Virus record (IMG/VR): IMGVR_UViG_3300029922_000017
Coordinates: 74,918 to 138,917 of that record
DNA length: 64,000 nt
Origin: a virus
Direction: 5' to 3' (one strand)
Under the pieces are notes generated by a model, which saw nothing but the letters and a program-made list of their open reading frames with translations, had not been told where the DNA came from and did not search any database. The position numbers and the translations under genes were made by a program. This document shows positions 9,132 through 18,984 of this stretch, piece by piece (position 1 is the stretch's first letter; each line of letters starts with the position of its first letter).

Positions 9132-9338
9132 CTACTTGGTTAAGTGGGCAGTGTATTTTTGTTGTATAATTTCAAATGCTTCTTGCGGTTTATTATTCCT
9201 AGTGTATCCCATAACTTCAACTTCACATTTAGGATTGTTACAATATAACGACATTCCATATGAAATATCATTTGGATGAAAAACATCACCAGTCTGGATT
9301 GCTAATTGGATATTGCATATAGGGCAAATATAATTCAT
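9132..9338 (-). CDS. small zinc-ribbon protein
   Basis: CPIC...CNNPKC. Confidence 0.6.
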   Translation of the reverse strand: MNYICPICNIQLAIQTGDVFHPNDISYGMSLYCNNPKCEVEVMGYTRNNKPQEAFEIIQQKYTAHLTK

Positions 9339-9374
9339 ATTTAAGATTATACTTGTTTTAGTTCCATTGTCAAA

Positions 9375-9406
9375 TAAAAAATGCCGAAGAAATTAATCCT
9401 CGGCAT
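9375..9406 (-). terminator. intrinsic terminator
   Basis: atgccga/tcggcat hairpin followed by a T-run on the - strand. Confidence 0.65.
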
Positions 9407-9430
9407 CTTCGAGTAATCCATCGCTAAATC

Positions 9431-10066
9431 TTAATCAAGATAACCCTTATCAATTATCACTTTACCAATCATCTTGGATTTGAGAAACTTCTTATATCCA
9501 GCCCTACCATTAGCATTATTCTCAATTCCTTCAATGAAGTTTGGATTTTGCTTAACAATCTTAACTTTCCGCCAAAGATAATCCAAAATTCCATAATAAT
9601 TCTTATGGGGATATTGAAAACGGGCAATATCATCCATCTTGATGAAATGACCTTGGGCATCCCGCTTTAACTTCAAATGACTGTCATTACCGTAGATACG
9701 ATTAGCCGCTTTCTTAATCCAGTTAGGAGCCTTCGGCAAATCATTCAAATTATCAAATGTCTTACCTTTAACGGTAACGGAACCCTTTGCCTTATGACAC
9801 CAACCATGACATTTCTTAATTGGAGTCGTTTTAGGAGCCTTGCCGAAAGTGGCAACCAAATTAAGATTGGACGGTTGTTTCCAACCAACAATTTGACCAG
9901 TCACAATATCAATGGTCAAATCAACATAATCACCCGACACATCTTCCCCGAACCAACTAGGAACATACCCATCATGGAGTCTGCCAATTTGCTTACCAGT
10001 CTCATCATGGAGACTGGCAAACAGTAAGTTGGAACATTTAGCACTAATTTTAAGAGTTGTATTCAT
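9431..10066 (-). CDS. hypothetical two-domain protein with KRDxxGxF motif
   Basis: ISAKCS...DGYVP...GDYVDLTIDI.TGQIVGW domain followed by NDSHLKLKRDAQGHFIK. Confidence 0.75.
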   Translation of the reverse strand: MNTTLKISAKCSNLLFASLHDETGKQIGRLHDGYVPSWFGEDVSGDYVDLTIDIVTGQIVGWKQPSNLNLVATFGKAPKTTPIKKCHGWCHKAKGSVTVKGKTFDNLNDLPKAPNWIKKAANRIYGNDSHLKLKRDAQGHFIKMDDIARFQYPHKNYYGILDYLWRKVKIVKQNPNFIEGIENNANGRAGYKKFLKSKMIGKVIIDKGYLD

Positions 10067-10098
10067 ATACGAGTATTATACTGATTTTAGATTGATTG

Positions 10099-10494
10099 TC
10101 AAATACTATCGTGAGCCTTTACAATTTCCTTGATAACATCATAAGGAAACGTCTGACAACCAACTTTGACATCATCCTTGGAAACAATAGCGGCATAATT
10201 GCCATTCAACTTGACTTCCTTGGTCTTCGGCCTCGGCTTAATATAATCTTCACGAAAAGTGAATAAATCAAATTCATTCCGAAATCCGGCCATGAAGTTC
10301 GAAACTATGAATGATTTTTCAAATTTAATCAAATATCCATAGCCAGTATTAAGAAAAATTCGGGGACTATGAATTGTTCCATTATAACCATCAACCACAA
10401 CTTCATCCCCAATTTTATAGGCTGGATTGACCTCAGTTGCAACTTTGCGAATATATTGGTATCCATTGGCTTGGTGCCAATTATTACTCACCAT
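10099..10494 (-). CDS. VGCQ-domain paralog 3 (original 5' end apparently damaged)
   Basis: VKLNGNYAAIV...VKVGCQTFP; frame stays open upstream to ~10575 without ATG. Confidence 0.7.
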   Translation of the reverse strand: MVSNNWHQANGYQYIRKVATEVNPAYKIGDEVVVDGYNGTIHSPRIFLNTGYGYLIKFEKSFIVSNFMAGFRNEFDLFTFREDYIKPRPKTKEVKLNGNYAAIVSKDDVKVGCQTFPYDVIKEIVKAHDSI

Positions 10495-10773
10495 CCACTT
10501 TCCATCATAATACTTATCCCCTTCGAGGACGGTTTCATTTCGTTCGAGTTCTCTCCAACCGGTAGGTATGTTTTGTTAAATGTCAAATTAATTTTTTGGC
10601 TGGTTTTCCCAACAATCCATAACGTGCTCAATTTCAGTGAAAGTTAATGATTGATAATCACATAGTGTCAAAACTGGTTCGCCACAACTTTCCACCACAC
10701 CACCAACTTGGCGGTTGGCGGAATAAATAATCATACCATCCTTAACTTTTTCACAGTAGATATTCATAAATTG

Positions 10774-11031
10774 TTAAACTCTGGAATATTCATACAAATT
10801 CAAATGCTGGACAAATTCATCATGGGTTCGCAAGGGAGCATTGTAGCAACTAGACGGATTGCCGCTAACACCCCCAAAAATATATTTATGCTCCATGTGA
10901 ACTGGAATTCTAATAACTGTGCAGACATCTCCAGAGTCTTTATATTGGAACATTTGACCAGCCTCGACGGAAGTAATTAATGGATTGCCATATTTGGATT
11001 GACACTGGTATTCAACTTTATATTCGGTCAT
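10774..11031 (-). CDS. hypothetical protein
   Basis: 85-aa ORF after TTGACA...TATAAT. Confidence 0.6.
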   Translation of the reverse strand: MTEYKVEYQCQSKYGNPLITSVEAGQMFQYKDSGDVCTVIRIPVHMEHKYIFGGVSGNPSSCYNAPLRTHDEFVQHLNLYEYSRV

Positions 11032-11061
11032 ATGAGAATTATATAGATTTAAGCGGCAATG

Positions 11062-11298
11062 TCAATAATCAAAGTGAATTAAAACCTTATCATGTTCTTC
11101 CCGAATACCCATAGTATAAAACCAACATTCCAATGCACTATTACTATGGGGAAATTCAACATCGCCAACTTCATAATCAACATATGTCCCATTATGAGGA
11201 TGTAAATCCATATTCCTACAATATTCATTTATATCATCCCACAATTCTGCTGGCATCACCGTATGTTCAATAATCGGATATGTCTTTAATTTATTCAT
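11062..11298 (-). CDS. hypothetical protein
   Basis: 78-aa ORF in a tightly packed operon. Confidence 0.6.
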   Translation of the reverse strand: MNKLKTYPIIEHTVMPAELWDDINEYCRNMDLHPHNGTYVDYEVGDVEFPHSNSALECWFYTMGIREEHDKVLIHFDY

Positions 11299-11629
11299 AA
11301 ATTATACAGAAATAAATTCAACTTCAAGCGGATACCCATCCCTACCGGCGAACTTTCTCCGCATCTCTGGAGTGTCATTATACTGTGTAGCTTTGGCGGC
11401 ATCCATTGTAATAAACCCATGGCAACCATTCCGTATGTGATATATGCCGGTAGCCTTACAACGAACAATCATTTTCTTCATATTCAAATCATTCTATCCA
11501 TTATAGATTAAAAGTCAAATACAAAATAATTCAAATAAACTATTGACTAAAATCTAAAATCTGGTATTCTATTGGTGTGAGGCGACCCACAAGGCTCCGG
11601 AAGGGAGTTCCGCCTGCACTAATCACTTT

Positions 11630-12140
11630 AACGTTATAGTAATAAGAGTAACTATAATGCTATAATTACATAATATCGTTAAAGAATTTCTATAAAATAA
11701 TACAAATTATAGGCAGTAAGGTCGGTGAAAATAAGTATTATTATATACATTATGGTCGGTGAAAACAGGTATAAAAATAACGATAATAATAGAATGTAAT
11801 TATAATAACATTGAATAGCTGTATTTTATAATAACGATAATATTTTTATATATTTTATACTTGGTAGGAGCGGTGAAAATAGCCTTATAATATTAGAAAA
11901 GGAAATAGATATATAGGCCAAATGAATGATATTTCTTAATATAAATTACTGTTATCGGTGAATTTGGCGTCAATTTATAGGTAATTTTTATTTTTATATA
12001 TTATTTTTATGTTATCACTATGAACACCACATATATAGATAATATTCTCTATTAAGAATAATATAAATAAGCTAATAATAAACCTTATTTTTATAATCTG
12101 ACCATCCATTTTCCAACAGATTTTTCCCCTTAATATTTAA
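11630..12140. repeat. AT-rich non-coding region with oriented CGGTGAA repeats (origin/packaging candidate)
   Basis: cggtgaa at 11723, 11757, 11871, 11956; ataacgataat twice. Confidence 0.55.
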
Positions 12141-12145
12141 TAAGA

Positions 12146-12547
12146 TTAAGGCTCAAACTTACCCGTTGCTACTAATAGGGCATCGGCTAATTGGGCAGGA
12201 GTTTGTTTTAATGCTTTAAACATATTATCAATCTCATCATCCTCCCGACTAAACAGAGACTTCATTATTTTTCTACGAATAGGTCTATCTTGTTTTTGAA
12301 TGATGGGGAGGATAGCATCATATGAGGAATAATAACTAGGAAGGAAAGGAATATATCTAATATTTCCATTGGGTAGTTTAGTAGAAAGTTTGGAGCCGAC
12401 ACTTAACCAGTAGGCTCTTTGGATTTCATCTCTGGGTTTAGCTAGCTTTATATTTTCTCCGGTAGAATTTTCCCACACTTCATAACCATCAAATAGGGCT
12501 AGAGTATATATTTTCTGTTCTAAGAGGGCATCTGATATTTTAGTCAT
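12146..12547 (-). CDS. hypothetical protein (Lar/ABA-sandwich-like)
   Basis: LPSYYSSYDAILPII...TPAQLADALL pattern. Confidence 0.6.
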   Translation of the reverse strand: MTKISDALLEQKIYTLALFDGYEVWENSTGENIKLAKPRDEIQRAYWLSVGSKLSTKLPNGNIRYIPFLPSYYSSYDAILPIIQKQDRPIRRKIMKSLFSREDDEIDNMFKALKQTPAQLADALLVATGKFEP

Positions 12548-12836
12548 AAAATATTTATTATCTTATTTATATTCTGATAAGAGTGTCTGTAATACTTTAG
12601 GTATTCCTCGAAGGAAGGCTTTATCTAAAAGTATTAGATACCTTTTATATTCTTTATTGGTAAGGTTGCCGCCGTTTCTTTTGTCCATTAGGACTTCATA
12701 TTCTTTTTCTTCTTCGGGATTCATAATTATAAGATAAATTTTATTAAGATACATCAATCAATGTAATATGCCATCCGTAGTAAGACTATTCCAATTACTA
12801 CAAATATGATTATTAATGATATATCCATAATATTTA

Positions 12837-13085
12837 TTAGCTTATTTCTATTCCTTCTAATTGGTCTTTCTTACAGACACTACATACGGTATCATCTGCT
12901 GCCACGTGTCCTTTACAGAATCTACAAGGGTAACATAAGGGGAGTCCCATTAATGAGAATTCTTCATCTTTACAGATATAACAATTTGCATCATAAACAT
13001 CGGAGCCGCTTCTTAGTTCAGGATGTTCTAATCCTTGGGTGAGCATCCAATAACAAGGGTCATTTTTTTGCAAAGGTTTACTCAT
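12837..13085 (-). CDS. Cys-rich zinc-binding protein
   Basis: CYIC, C.PC.FC.GHVAADD..CSVC. Confidence 0.7.
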   Translation of the reverse strand: MSKPLQKNDPCYWMLTQGLEHPELRSGSDVYDANCYICKDEEFSLMGLPLCYPCRFCKGHVAADDTVCSVCKKDQLEGIEIS

Positions 13086-13198
13086 ATAAATTAGTTTATT
13101 TTTGTATAATAAAAGCTATACCGGCTCCTAGTGCTATTAGTATCACTATCCATCCAATATAATTTTCGGCTGATGTCATGTTCTTTACTATGCCGCCA

Positions 13199-13648
13199 TT
13201 AATATTCCAATTCGGAACTTTTTAACACCCTAACAAGTTTAATACCATCACACAAAACAGTTCCAATCGGAGTTGTTCCAATCACCGGCCAAACACGGTT
13301 TCGAATATCAAAAACATATTCATTATTCCAAAAATCCATCACTATTCCAACCGGAGTAATGTGGGTTGGAATTGATTTATAATCGCCACATGACACTCCA
13401 ACAGCTTCGGCTTCGGCAATAACGACATTTCCGCTTTCCAATTCAGGTTCGGAAATATATCGGAGGGCATTCTCTAAACTCGAAAATGCAAATAACTTTC
13501 CAAATTTGGGATAGGTATAGTTTGTGCGGCTATATCGGAGACATGGAATTGAATTTTTTTCAACTCTAATTTCAGTATAGCTTTTAAGATAAGAATATAG
13601 TTTCTTATTGTGCCGAGCGAGTAATTTATATACTTTAGTTGTGTTCAT
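13199..13648 (-). CDS. hypothetical protein
   Basis: 149-aa ORF, KLFAF...P.GTVLC pattern. Confidence 0.7.
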   Translation of the reverse strand: MNTTKVYKLLARHNKKLYSYLKSYTEIRVEKNSIPCLRYSRTNYTYPKFGKLFAFSSLENALRYISEPELESGNVVIAEAEAVGVSCGDYKSIPTHITPVGIVMDFWNNEYVFDIRNRVWPVIGTTPIGTVLCDGIKLVRVLKSSELEY

Positions 13649-13804
13649 ATTTAATTTTTATTCTGTTTAGTTGCCACCACCGATGCCAGTCCTAACATTG
13701 CCAGTTTTGGTTGATTATAAATCATACCAGCCAAAAAACTAACCCATCCAAGATAAAACCCAATGGTAATCATAATTGAGAATATATCAGATATAGATTG
13801 ATTG

Positions 13805-14269
13805 TCAAGCAATAACGGGGGATGCCGGAACAAAATCAACGACTGCCTCACTCGGATATTCACGGTTCCATGCACGTTTCACGCCTTCAATCGTCAATTT
13901 AAACGATTTCCCATCTTTAACCCGTTCACCGACAACCGGAAACTTATGGGAACGAGTATTCAGTCCACGGATAGTAAAGCGTTCACCATTGACATATGTA
14001 ATTTCTTTGTTAAGCATATCCGGTTTAAGTCCATAAGATAGGGCATAAACATTAAATTGTGAAGCGTGTGGGCTAGTTTTAATGACTGTCCCATCCGGTG
14101 CAACTTGTGAAACTGCGCCTTGAAACTTAAACGTGGCAGTGTTAGCATCAAATCTGGCTCCATTATAATTCAATGAAATGCCATATTTATCCTCAACGGT
14201 TTTCAATGCGATTTTCAAATCAGCCGCAATGAATTTCAGGTTGGTTCTATCGAATGAGTTAATTTTCAT
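13805..14269 (-). CDS. hypothetical phage protein
   Basis: Start moved to ATG 14269 after a consensus promoter; GLNTRSHKFPV motif. Confidence 0.75.
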   Translation of the reverse strand: MKINSFDRTNLKFIAADLKIALKTVEDKYGISLNYNGARFDANTATFKFQGAVSQVAPDGTVIKTSPHASQFNVYALSYGLKPDMLNKEITYVNGERFTIRGLNTRSHKFPVVGERVKDGKSFKLTIEGVKRAWNREYPSEAVVDFVPASPVIA

Positions 14270-14640
14270 ATTTGAGAGTATATTGATTTTAGATTGATTG
14301 TCAATCTTTATTTTCTTCGGGTTCATTTTTGTCGAGAAATGATACACAGTAAATATCGCCACCACTCGACTCGGTCACTGTTTCTTCACAGTGGGAGCAA
14401 CTACTATAATATTCCATATTATATTTCTTGGCTAATTTAATTAATTCCTGCTCGAATTTTTTGTTCATGGTTGAGAGTATATTGATTTTAGATTAAATGT
14501 CAAGGGCTATTTACGGTATCGTTAAAATATTAAAATAATGATATTCTGAATAATAAAACATAATAAATACAAATCCTCGGTGAAAATGCCGCTTTTAAAA
14601 TAAGTTGATTGTTTTAATACTATAAGGTATTATATTACCA

Positions 14641-14949
14641 ATGGATAATAAACGTGAAATAAGTAGATTATTATTGGAAGCATTACAACTTCTGGATAAT
14701 AGCAGACTCTTGAATAAGAGCGTATCGTTCACCAATAAATTGATAGATGAGTTAAATATCGAGGAGAATATTGATGATATTAAAATATATCATCAATCAA
14801 AGATATTGTGGAGCCGCCTTAAAATAGATTATCAAGAACTGATTAAAATTGAAACGGAGTATGAAGTCATACGATTGAAAGTAAATAAATTAGGCCGAGA
14901 AGTATTGCCTCCCCTAGAGCCATCGGAACCAATGGACTTTGAATTTTAA
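14641..14949 (+). CDS. hypothetical coiled-coil protein
   Basis: 102-aa ORF after TTGATT...TATTAT. Confidence 0.6.
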   Translation: MDNKREISRLLLEALQLLDNSRLLNKSVSFTNKLIDELNIEENIDDIKIYHQSKILWSRLKIDYQELIKIETEYEVIRLKVNKLGREVLPPLEPSEPMDFEF

Positions 14950-16307
14950 ATCCAGGTCGTTCCGTTATAAACTGTAGTGTGGTGGGTGGTAAAGTTATAT
15001 GCCAGCAGTCCTTCCTCTGGTGAACTGATAGTCGTGTGGTCTGGCAATTGATATCCATTGGAACTACGGGTAGTTCCAGCAACATCCAATTCATAATATG
15101 GTGTTGGAGTTCCCACTCCTAACTTATTAGGAACAGAGGCATTACCGTTTGTTAAACACCCTATTACAAGTCCACCGTAATTAAAATCATAGATACCACA
15201 GCTATACTCACCATTTACCAAAGGGTCGGTCACTAACCCAACGTGTTGCGTGGTGCTAATAACCTGAATAATGGCTTGAACCGAACTAACACTTTTAGCA
15301 ACTATACCGCCATTTCCTAAAGAAGTATTAAAATAAGTATTGCCCCAGTAGTCACTTGAAATCCAATTTTGGCCACCATTATAGAATAAATTGCCAGTAA
15401 AATTAATGTCACCAGCAACATCCAAGGTATATTGTGGGTTACTTGTTCCAATACCTACATATCCACCACTGGAATTTAGATATGAATTATTTCCATTAGT
15501 TCCAATGTAATAGGTTTCATTCTTGTCCGATATATTACCATTACTTTCTACTACAAAACCACCATTAGCCACAGAAACAAACAAATTACCAGTCTGAATC
15601 TGTAGGTTTGTATTACCATAGCCGTCATCTAGTTGAAGATAGTTGGCATTTACATAAGCACTATTACCTATTATACCACTAACATCCAAGTTATATTGTG
15701 GGTTATTTGTTCCAATACCTACATATCCACCATTGTTATTTAGATATGAGTTGTCACCATTTGCACCAATGTAATAATCATTTGAGCTATTACCAATATC
15801 TCCATTAACATCTAATGTGAACTGGGGATTGAATTGATTAATACCAACCAAACTCGCAGACAATAGGACATTACCTTGGATGCCACCAGTTTGGACATGG
15901 CCGCTGCCAGCATTTATATTTACATTTCCTCCATTGCCAAGGACTCCAACTCCACTGTTGAGGTTTAAATTGTTTCCAATTATATTCGTCGCAGCCGAAA
16001 TGTTTAGGTCGGTTATATGGGGTGATGAAATATTGTTAACTGTAATATTTGAAATATAAGAATTGCTGCCGGTGACATAGGATGCACTAATGGAGCTTGT
16101 TACTAGAGTTGGTGGAACATATCCAATTAAATAACTGGAGGTTACTGAATAGCTAGAACTAACTGCCACATTAGAACTTATTGCGTTTGACGCAGTAACA
16201 TTTAAAAGTGACACTATACTACCAGTTCCGTTAGTAATAGTATTATCAGAATTTAGACTTACGACCGTTTGAAATGATTGGCTTACTGGTTGATTGAATA
16301 GGTTCAT
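14946..16307 (-). CDS. tail fibre/receptor-binding-like virion protein
   Basis: Repeated GYVGIGT.NPQY.LDV.G units (also direct repeats in DNA at ~15420-15510 and ~15680-15775); Gly/Asn/Ser-rich. Confidence 0.75.
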   Translation of the reverse strand: MNLFNQPVSQSFQTVVSLNSDNTITNGTGSIVSLLNVTASNAISSNVAVSSSYSVTSSYLIGYVPPTLVTSSISASYVTGSNSYISNITVNNISSPHITDLNISAATNIIGNNLNLNSGVGVLGNGGNVNINAGSGHVQTGGIQGNVLLSASLVGINQFNPQFTLDVNGDIGNSSNDYYIGANGDNSYLNNNGGYVGIGTNNPQYNLDVSGIIGNSAYVNANYLQLDDGYGNTNLQIQTGNLFVSVANGGFVVESNGNISDKNETYYIGTNGNNSYLNSSGGYVGIGTSNPQYTLDVAGDINFTGNLFYNGGQNWISSDYWGNTYFNTSLGNGGIVAKSVSSVQAIIQVISTTQHVGLVTDPLVNGEYSCGIYDFNYGGLVIGCLTNGNASVPNKLGVGTPTPYYELDVAGTTRSSNGYQLPDHTTISSPEEGLLAYNFTTHHTTVYNGTTWI

Positions 16308-16313
16308 AATATA

Positions 16314-16502
16314 TTATAGGGAGTTCCATGGTAATGAAATAGTATTCCACGTCTGAGAAATGTTATTCCAAAACGTAGATGGGTCGACTGGAGTTGGTGG
16401 AATAAATTCACCTCCACCGCCAATATCACCACAAAAATCATCATCAGTAACAATATTAACCTGAAATTTCTTTCCGTTTATTATATGTATTACTTGACGC
16501 AT
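16314..16502 (-). CDS. small protein co-transcribed with the tail-fibre-like gene
   Basis: 62 aa, TATTTATA upstream, WNN..QTWN..LPWN tail. Confidence 0.55.
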   Translation of the reverse strand: MRQVIHIINGKKFQVNIVTDDDFCGDIGGGGEFIPPTPVDPSTFWNNISQTWNTISLPWNSL

Positions 16503-16590
16503 AGATGATACTTATAAATATAAAAAAATATTGATTATTACTAAAATTGTTTATATTTATATAAGAAGATTAACAACCAAACACCAATTT

Positions 16591-16881
16591 ATGATAACAC
16601 CAACAAGCGGCTCAATCACCACAACTCCACAAACATTTGATGGCATCTGGCTCTCAAATATTCAAATCAATGCCCCAACACCAGTCGGCAAGATTTCGGC
16701 TAATATAAGAGCCATACCGTTTAATAGTGCGTCTGGCTCCTTAGCACCAATTAATTATGCTAAGAATATATTCATTCCTGATATTATGACACTGGCCGCA
16801 AGTAGTTCACTAGCAGCAAATGCCATGGGAGCCATGTTCAATTTTATACAGGACTACGTTGTGAGTAAATCTATATTTTAA
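16591..16881 (+). CDS. putative tail-fibre accessory protein
   Basis: Divergent TATTTATA at 16554-16561; start moved to ATG 16591. Confidence 0.55.
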   Translation: MITPTSGSITTTPQTFDGIWLSNIQINAPTPVGKISANIRAIPFNSASGSLAPINYAKNIFIPDIMTLAASSSLAANAMGAMFNFIQDYVVSKSIF

Positions 16882-16892
16882 TAATTGGAAGA

Positions 16893-16938
16893 TAAGCAAC
16901 AAAAAACCCACCTGATTTGGTGGGTTTTTTGTTGCTTA
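16893..16938. terminator. bidirectional intrinsic terminator
   Basis: Perfect 20-bp inverted repeat taagcaacaaaaaacccacc/ggtgggttttttgttgctta between convergent genes. Confidence 0.9.
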
Positions 16939-17345
16939 ATAATTAAATTTACTTGTCTGGCTTGGTTTAGACCAGAGATAATTTGAAGTGTCTTTTGTCC
17001 ATCCATTAGCAATTAGATACTTCTCCATGGCTGCAACGGCGACATTAAATAATTCAGTGTTGGTATTCATATTTTGAAAGGGGTGTAGATTTTCCACTAT
17101 ATTTCCATACTATTTTTCGAGGGTGGTCTCGATATACGTTTCTTTTAGATGCCACCGCCATTTCAACGGCGGCACGAAACCCTTGGTCATTGTCAGGAAA
17201 CAAAAACTCGGCGGCGTGAACAGTTACTAAATATTTCATAGTTGGAGTGTATCTATTTTAAATTAAATGTCAATGATTTTCTTTTACATCTACTTTCGTC
17301 AATACTTCATACGTCGCAGGATTGACGTGCATTGCGACAAATCTA

Positions 17346-18443
17346 TCACTTTTTTGTAACCTGATAAAGTAATTTCATCAACTGATTTCTATCTAAAGAC
17401 TTTCCATCAAGCAAGGTAAACACCATACCGGAACGATTGTTATTTTCCCCACCATAGCTAGATATGATACGCTGTGCCTGTTCACGGCGAGTTGGTAAGG
17501 TTTTAATAGAATCAATAAAATTATTCATTCCATTGACAATTTTTAATACGTCTTTATACCCATCTATAATCGTTGATATAAATCCCCGGACCATGGTAAA
17601 GCACTCGTAATCAAATTTTTGAACCAATTGAGTCTCAAACTCTTGATATGATGGCATACCGAATTCAAAAAATAATTCAACGGTATTTTCAAAGGTGGCT
17701 TCCGACTTAAAACGATGAAGTTTTAAATATTGAAATGCTTTGGATTTATGTATAAATTGGTCTTTACTAGAATAAATACAAACTCCCTCCCGGTTCTCCC
17801 ACTTCTCAACATTAAAAACTAGGTCAGTAATGTCATTAAAAGTATAGGTTTCGGGACGTAACAATCCTAAATTTTTAGCAATTAAATCTAAATCAGATTG
17901 CGTCCAATAGGAGTAATCGGAATGATTGACAATACCAATTAAAGTAAATTTTGGGATGTCGCCATACGATAACACAATCCTATTGAGTGGGGAGGTCCAC
18001 TCAAAGATATAAGACCTATCCCAAGTAGGAGTAGTATTCATATCTATTTTAGGAAGTATTTCCGATTTAAATATCTCTATTTCATGCCCATTTAATTCCA
18101 TGTTAGTAGCATCTACTGAACCACGGGTGCGAATTATATAATTATCTTTATAAGAAGTTACAGACAATAATGACCCGTCAAGTTTTTCAACCACTGTGCA
18201 ACCTTTCAACGAAGACGGCGGCGGAAATATATCGGGCTTTTCTCCCAGATTTGTAAATTTTTTAAATCCGGCAGAAATTAATTCCCCATTATGATTCCAT
18301 AAAGAAGACCGATAAATTACATTATCTTTGGTCCAAACAGCACCAATCTGTTTCGGATTTACAAGATAACACAATTCGCCGTTAATTATGTGTTCGTTGC
18401 AATAAAATTGTTCTCGGTCTATTTGAGAGATGTCGATTTTCAT
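17346..18443 (-). CDS. RNA ligase 1 (T4 Rnl1-like)
   Basis: KFTNLGE, EKLDGS, RTRG, FEW, REGVC nucleotidyltransferase motifs. Confidence 0.85.
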   Translation of the reverse strand: MKIDISQIDREQFYCNEHIINGELCYLVNPKQIGAVWTKDNVIYRSSLWNHNGELISAGFKKFTNLGEKPDIFPPPSSLKGCTVVEKLDGSLLSVTSYKDNYIIRTRGSVDATNMELNGHEIEIFKSEILPKIDMNTTPTWDRSYIFEWTSPLNRIVLSYGDIPKFTLIGIVNHSDYSYWTQSDLDLIAKNLGLLRPETYTFNDITDLVFNVEKWENREGVCIYSSKDQFIHKSKAFQYLKLHRFKSEATFENTVELFFEFGMPSYQEFETQLVQKFDYECFTMVRGFISTIIDGYKDVLKIVNGMNNFIDSIKTLPTRREQAQRIISSYGGENNNRSGMVFTLLDGKSLDRNQLMKLLYQVTKK

Positions 18444-18489
18444 TTGATAGAGTGTATCAAATTATAGATGAAAGTCAAGATGTTATTTG

Positions 18490-18984
18490 TTAACGAGTAT
18501 TAGTCCAACGTGAAACCCGTTTAAGTCTGCCAGTTTTTGGGTCAAGTTCTCGTCTAATATCTTTGAAATAATTCAAATAATGAATTGGATTTTTATGACT
18601 GCTCCACGTTTTAATGAATTTCATAGCATCTGTTTGGCGTTCAAAAAAGAGTGAAAAAGAAACGCCGGACTTGCAATTATATTCATCCGTTCCAACTGCC
18701 CATCCCTGTTTATGCCCATCCCGCTCATGTATTCTATCTTTAATGTTATCGGTAAGCCATTGCATCACTTCCGGTTTTAGCCGTTGAGTATCATATTCTC
18801 TAAGACGCAATGCAGTTTCTCCATCTAACTCAACTTCATCAATTAGATTAAGCCAATCAGGTTCGTGGTCGTCATAATAACTTTTACCTATAGGAACCAT
18901 ATCAATAGATACAATCACCCGACAATTATATTGACCACCCCAATTAGAATCTGAACACCAACAATGATTAATTAAAACATTCAT
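18490..18984 (-). CDS. hypothetical protein
   Basis: 164-aa ORF in operon. Confidence 0.7.
   Translation of the reverse strand: MNVLINHCWCSDSNWGGQYNCRVIVSIDMVPIGKSYYDDHEPDWLNLIDEVELDGETALRLREYDTQRLKPEVMQWLTDNIKDRIHERDGHKQGWAVGTDEYNCKSGVSFSLFFERQTDAMKFIKTWSSHKNPIHYLNYFKDIRRELDPKTGRLKRVSRWTNTR

Noticed and set aside
11571-11623. SRP (4.5S) RNA
   Set aside because: A GGAA-type loop is present but the conserved CAGG/AGCA internal loop is missing; kept only as an unknown hairpin.
15420-15780. DGR template/variable repeat pair in the tail-fibre gene
   Set aside because: Both repeats are in-frame protein repeats within one ORF, and no reverse transcriptase is present in the window.
17297-17338. 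Small H-type pseudoknot or hammerhead-like sequence after the Rnl1 stop
   Set aside because: Stems are only 6-7 bp, the CUGANGA core is absent, and the stretch also reads as a coding remnant (MHVNPATYEVLTKVDVKENH).
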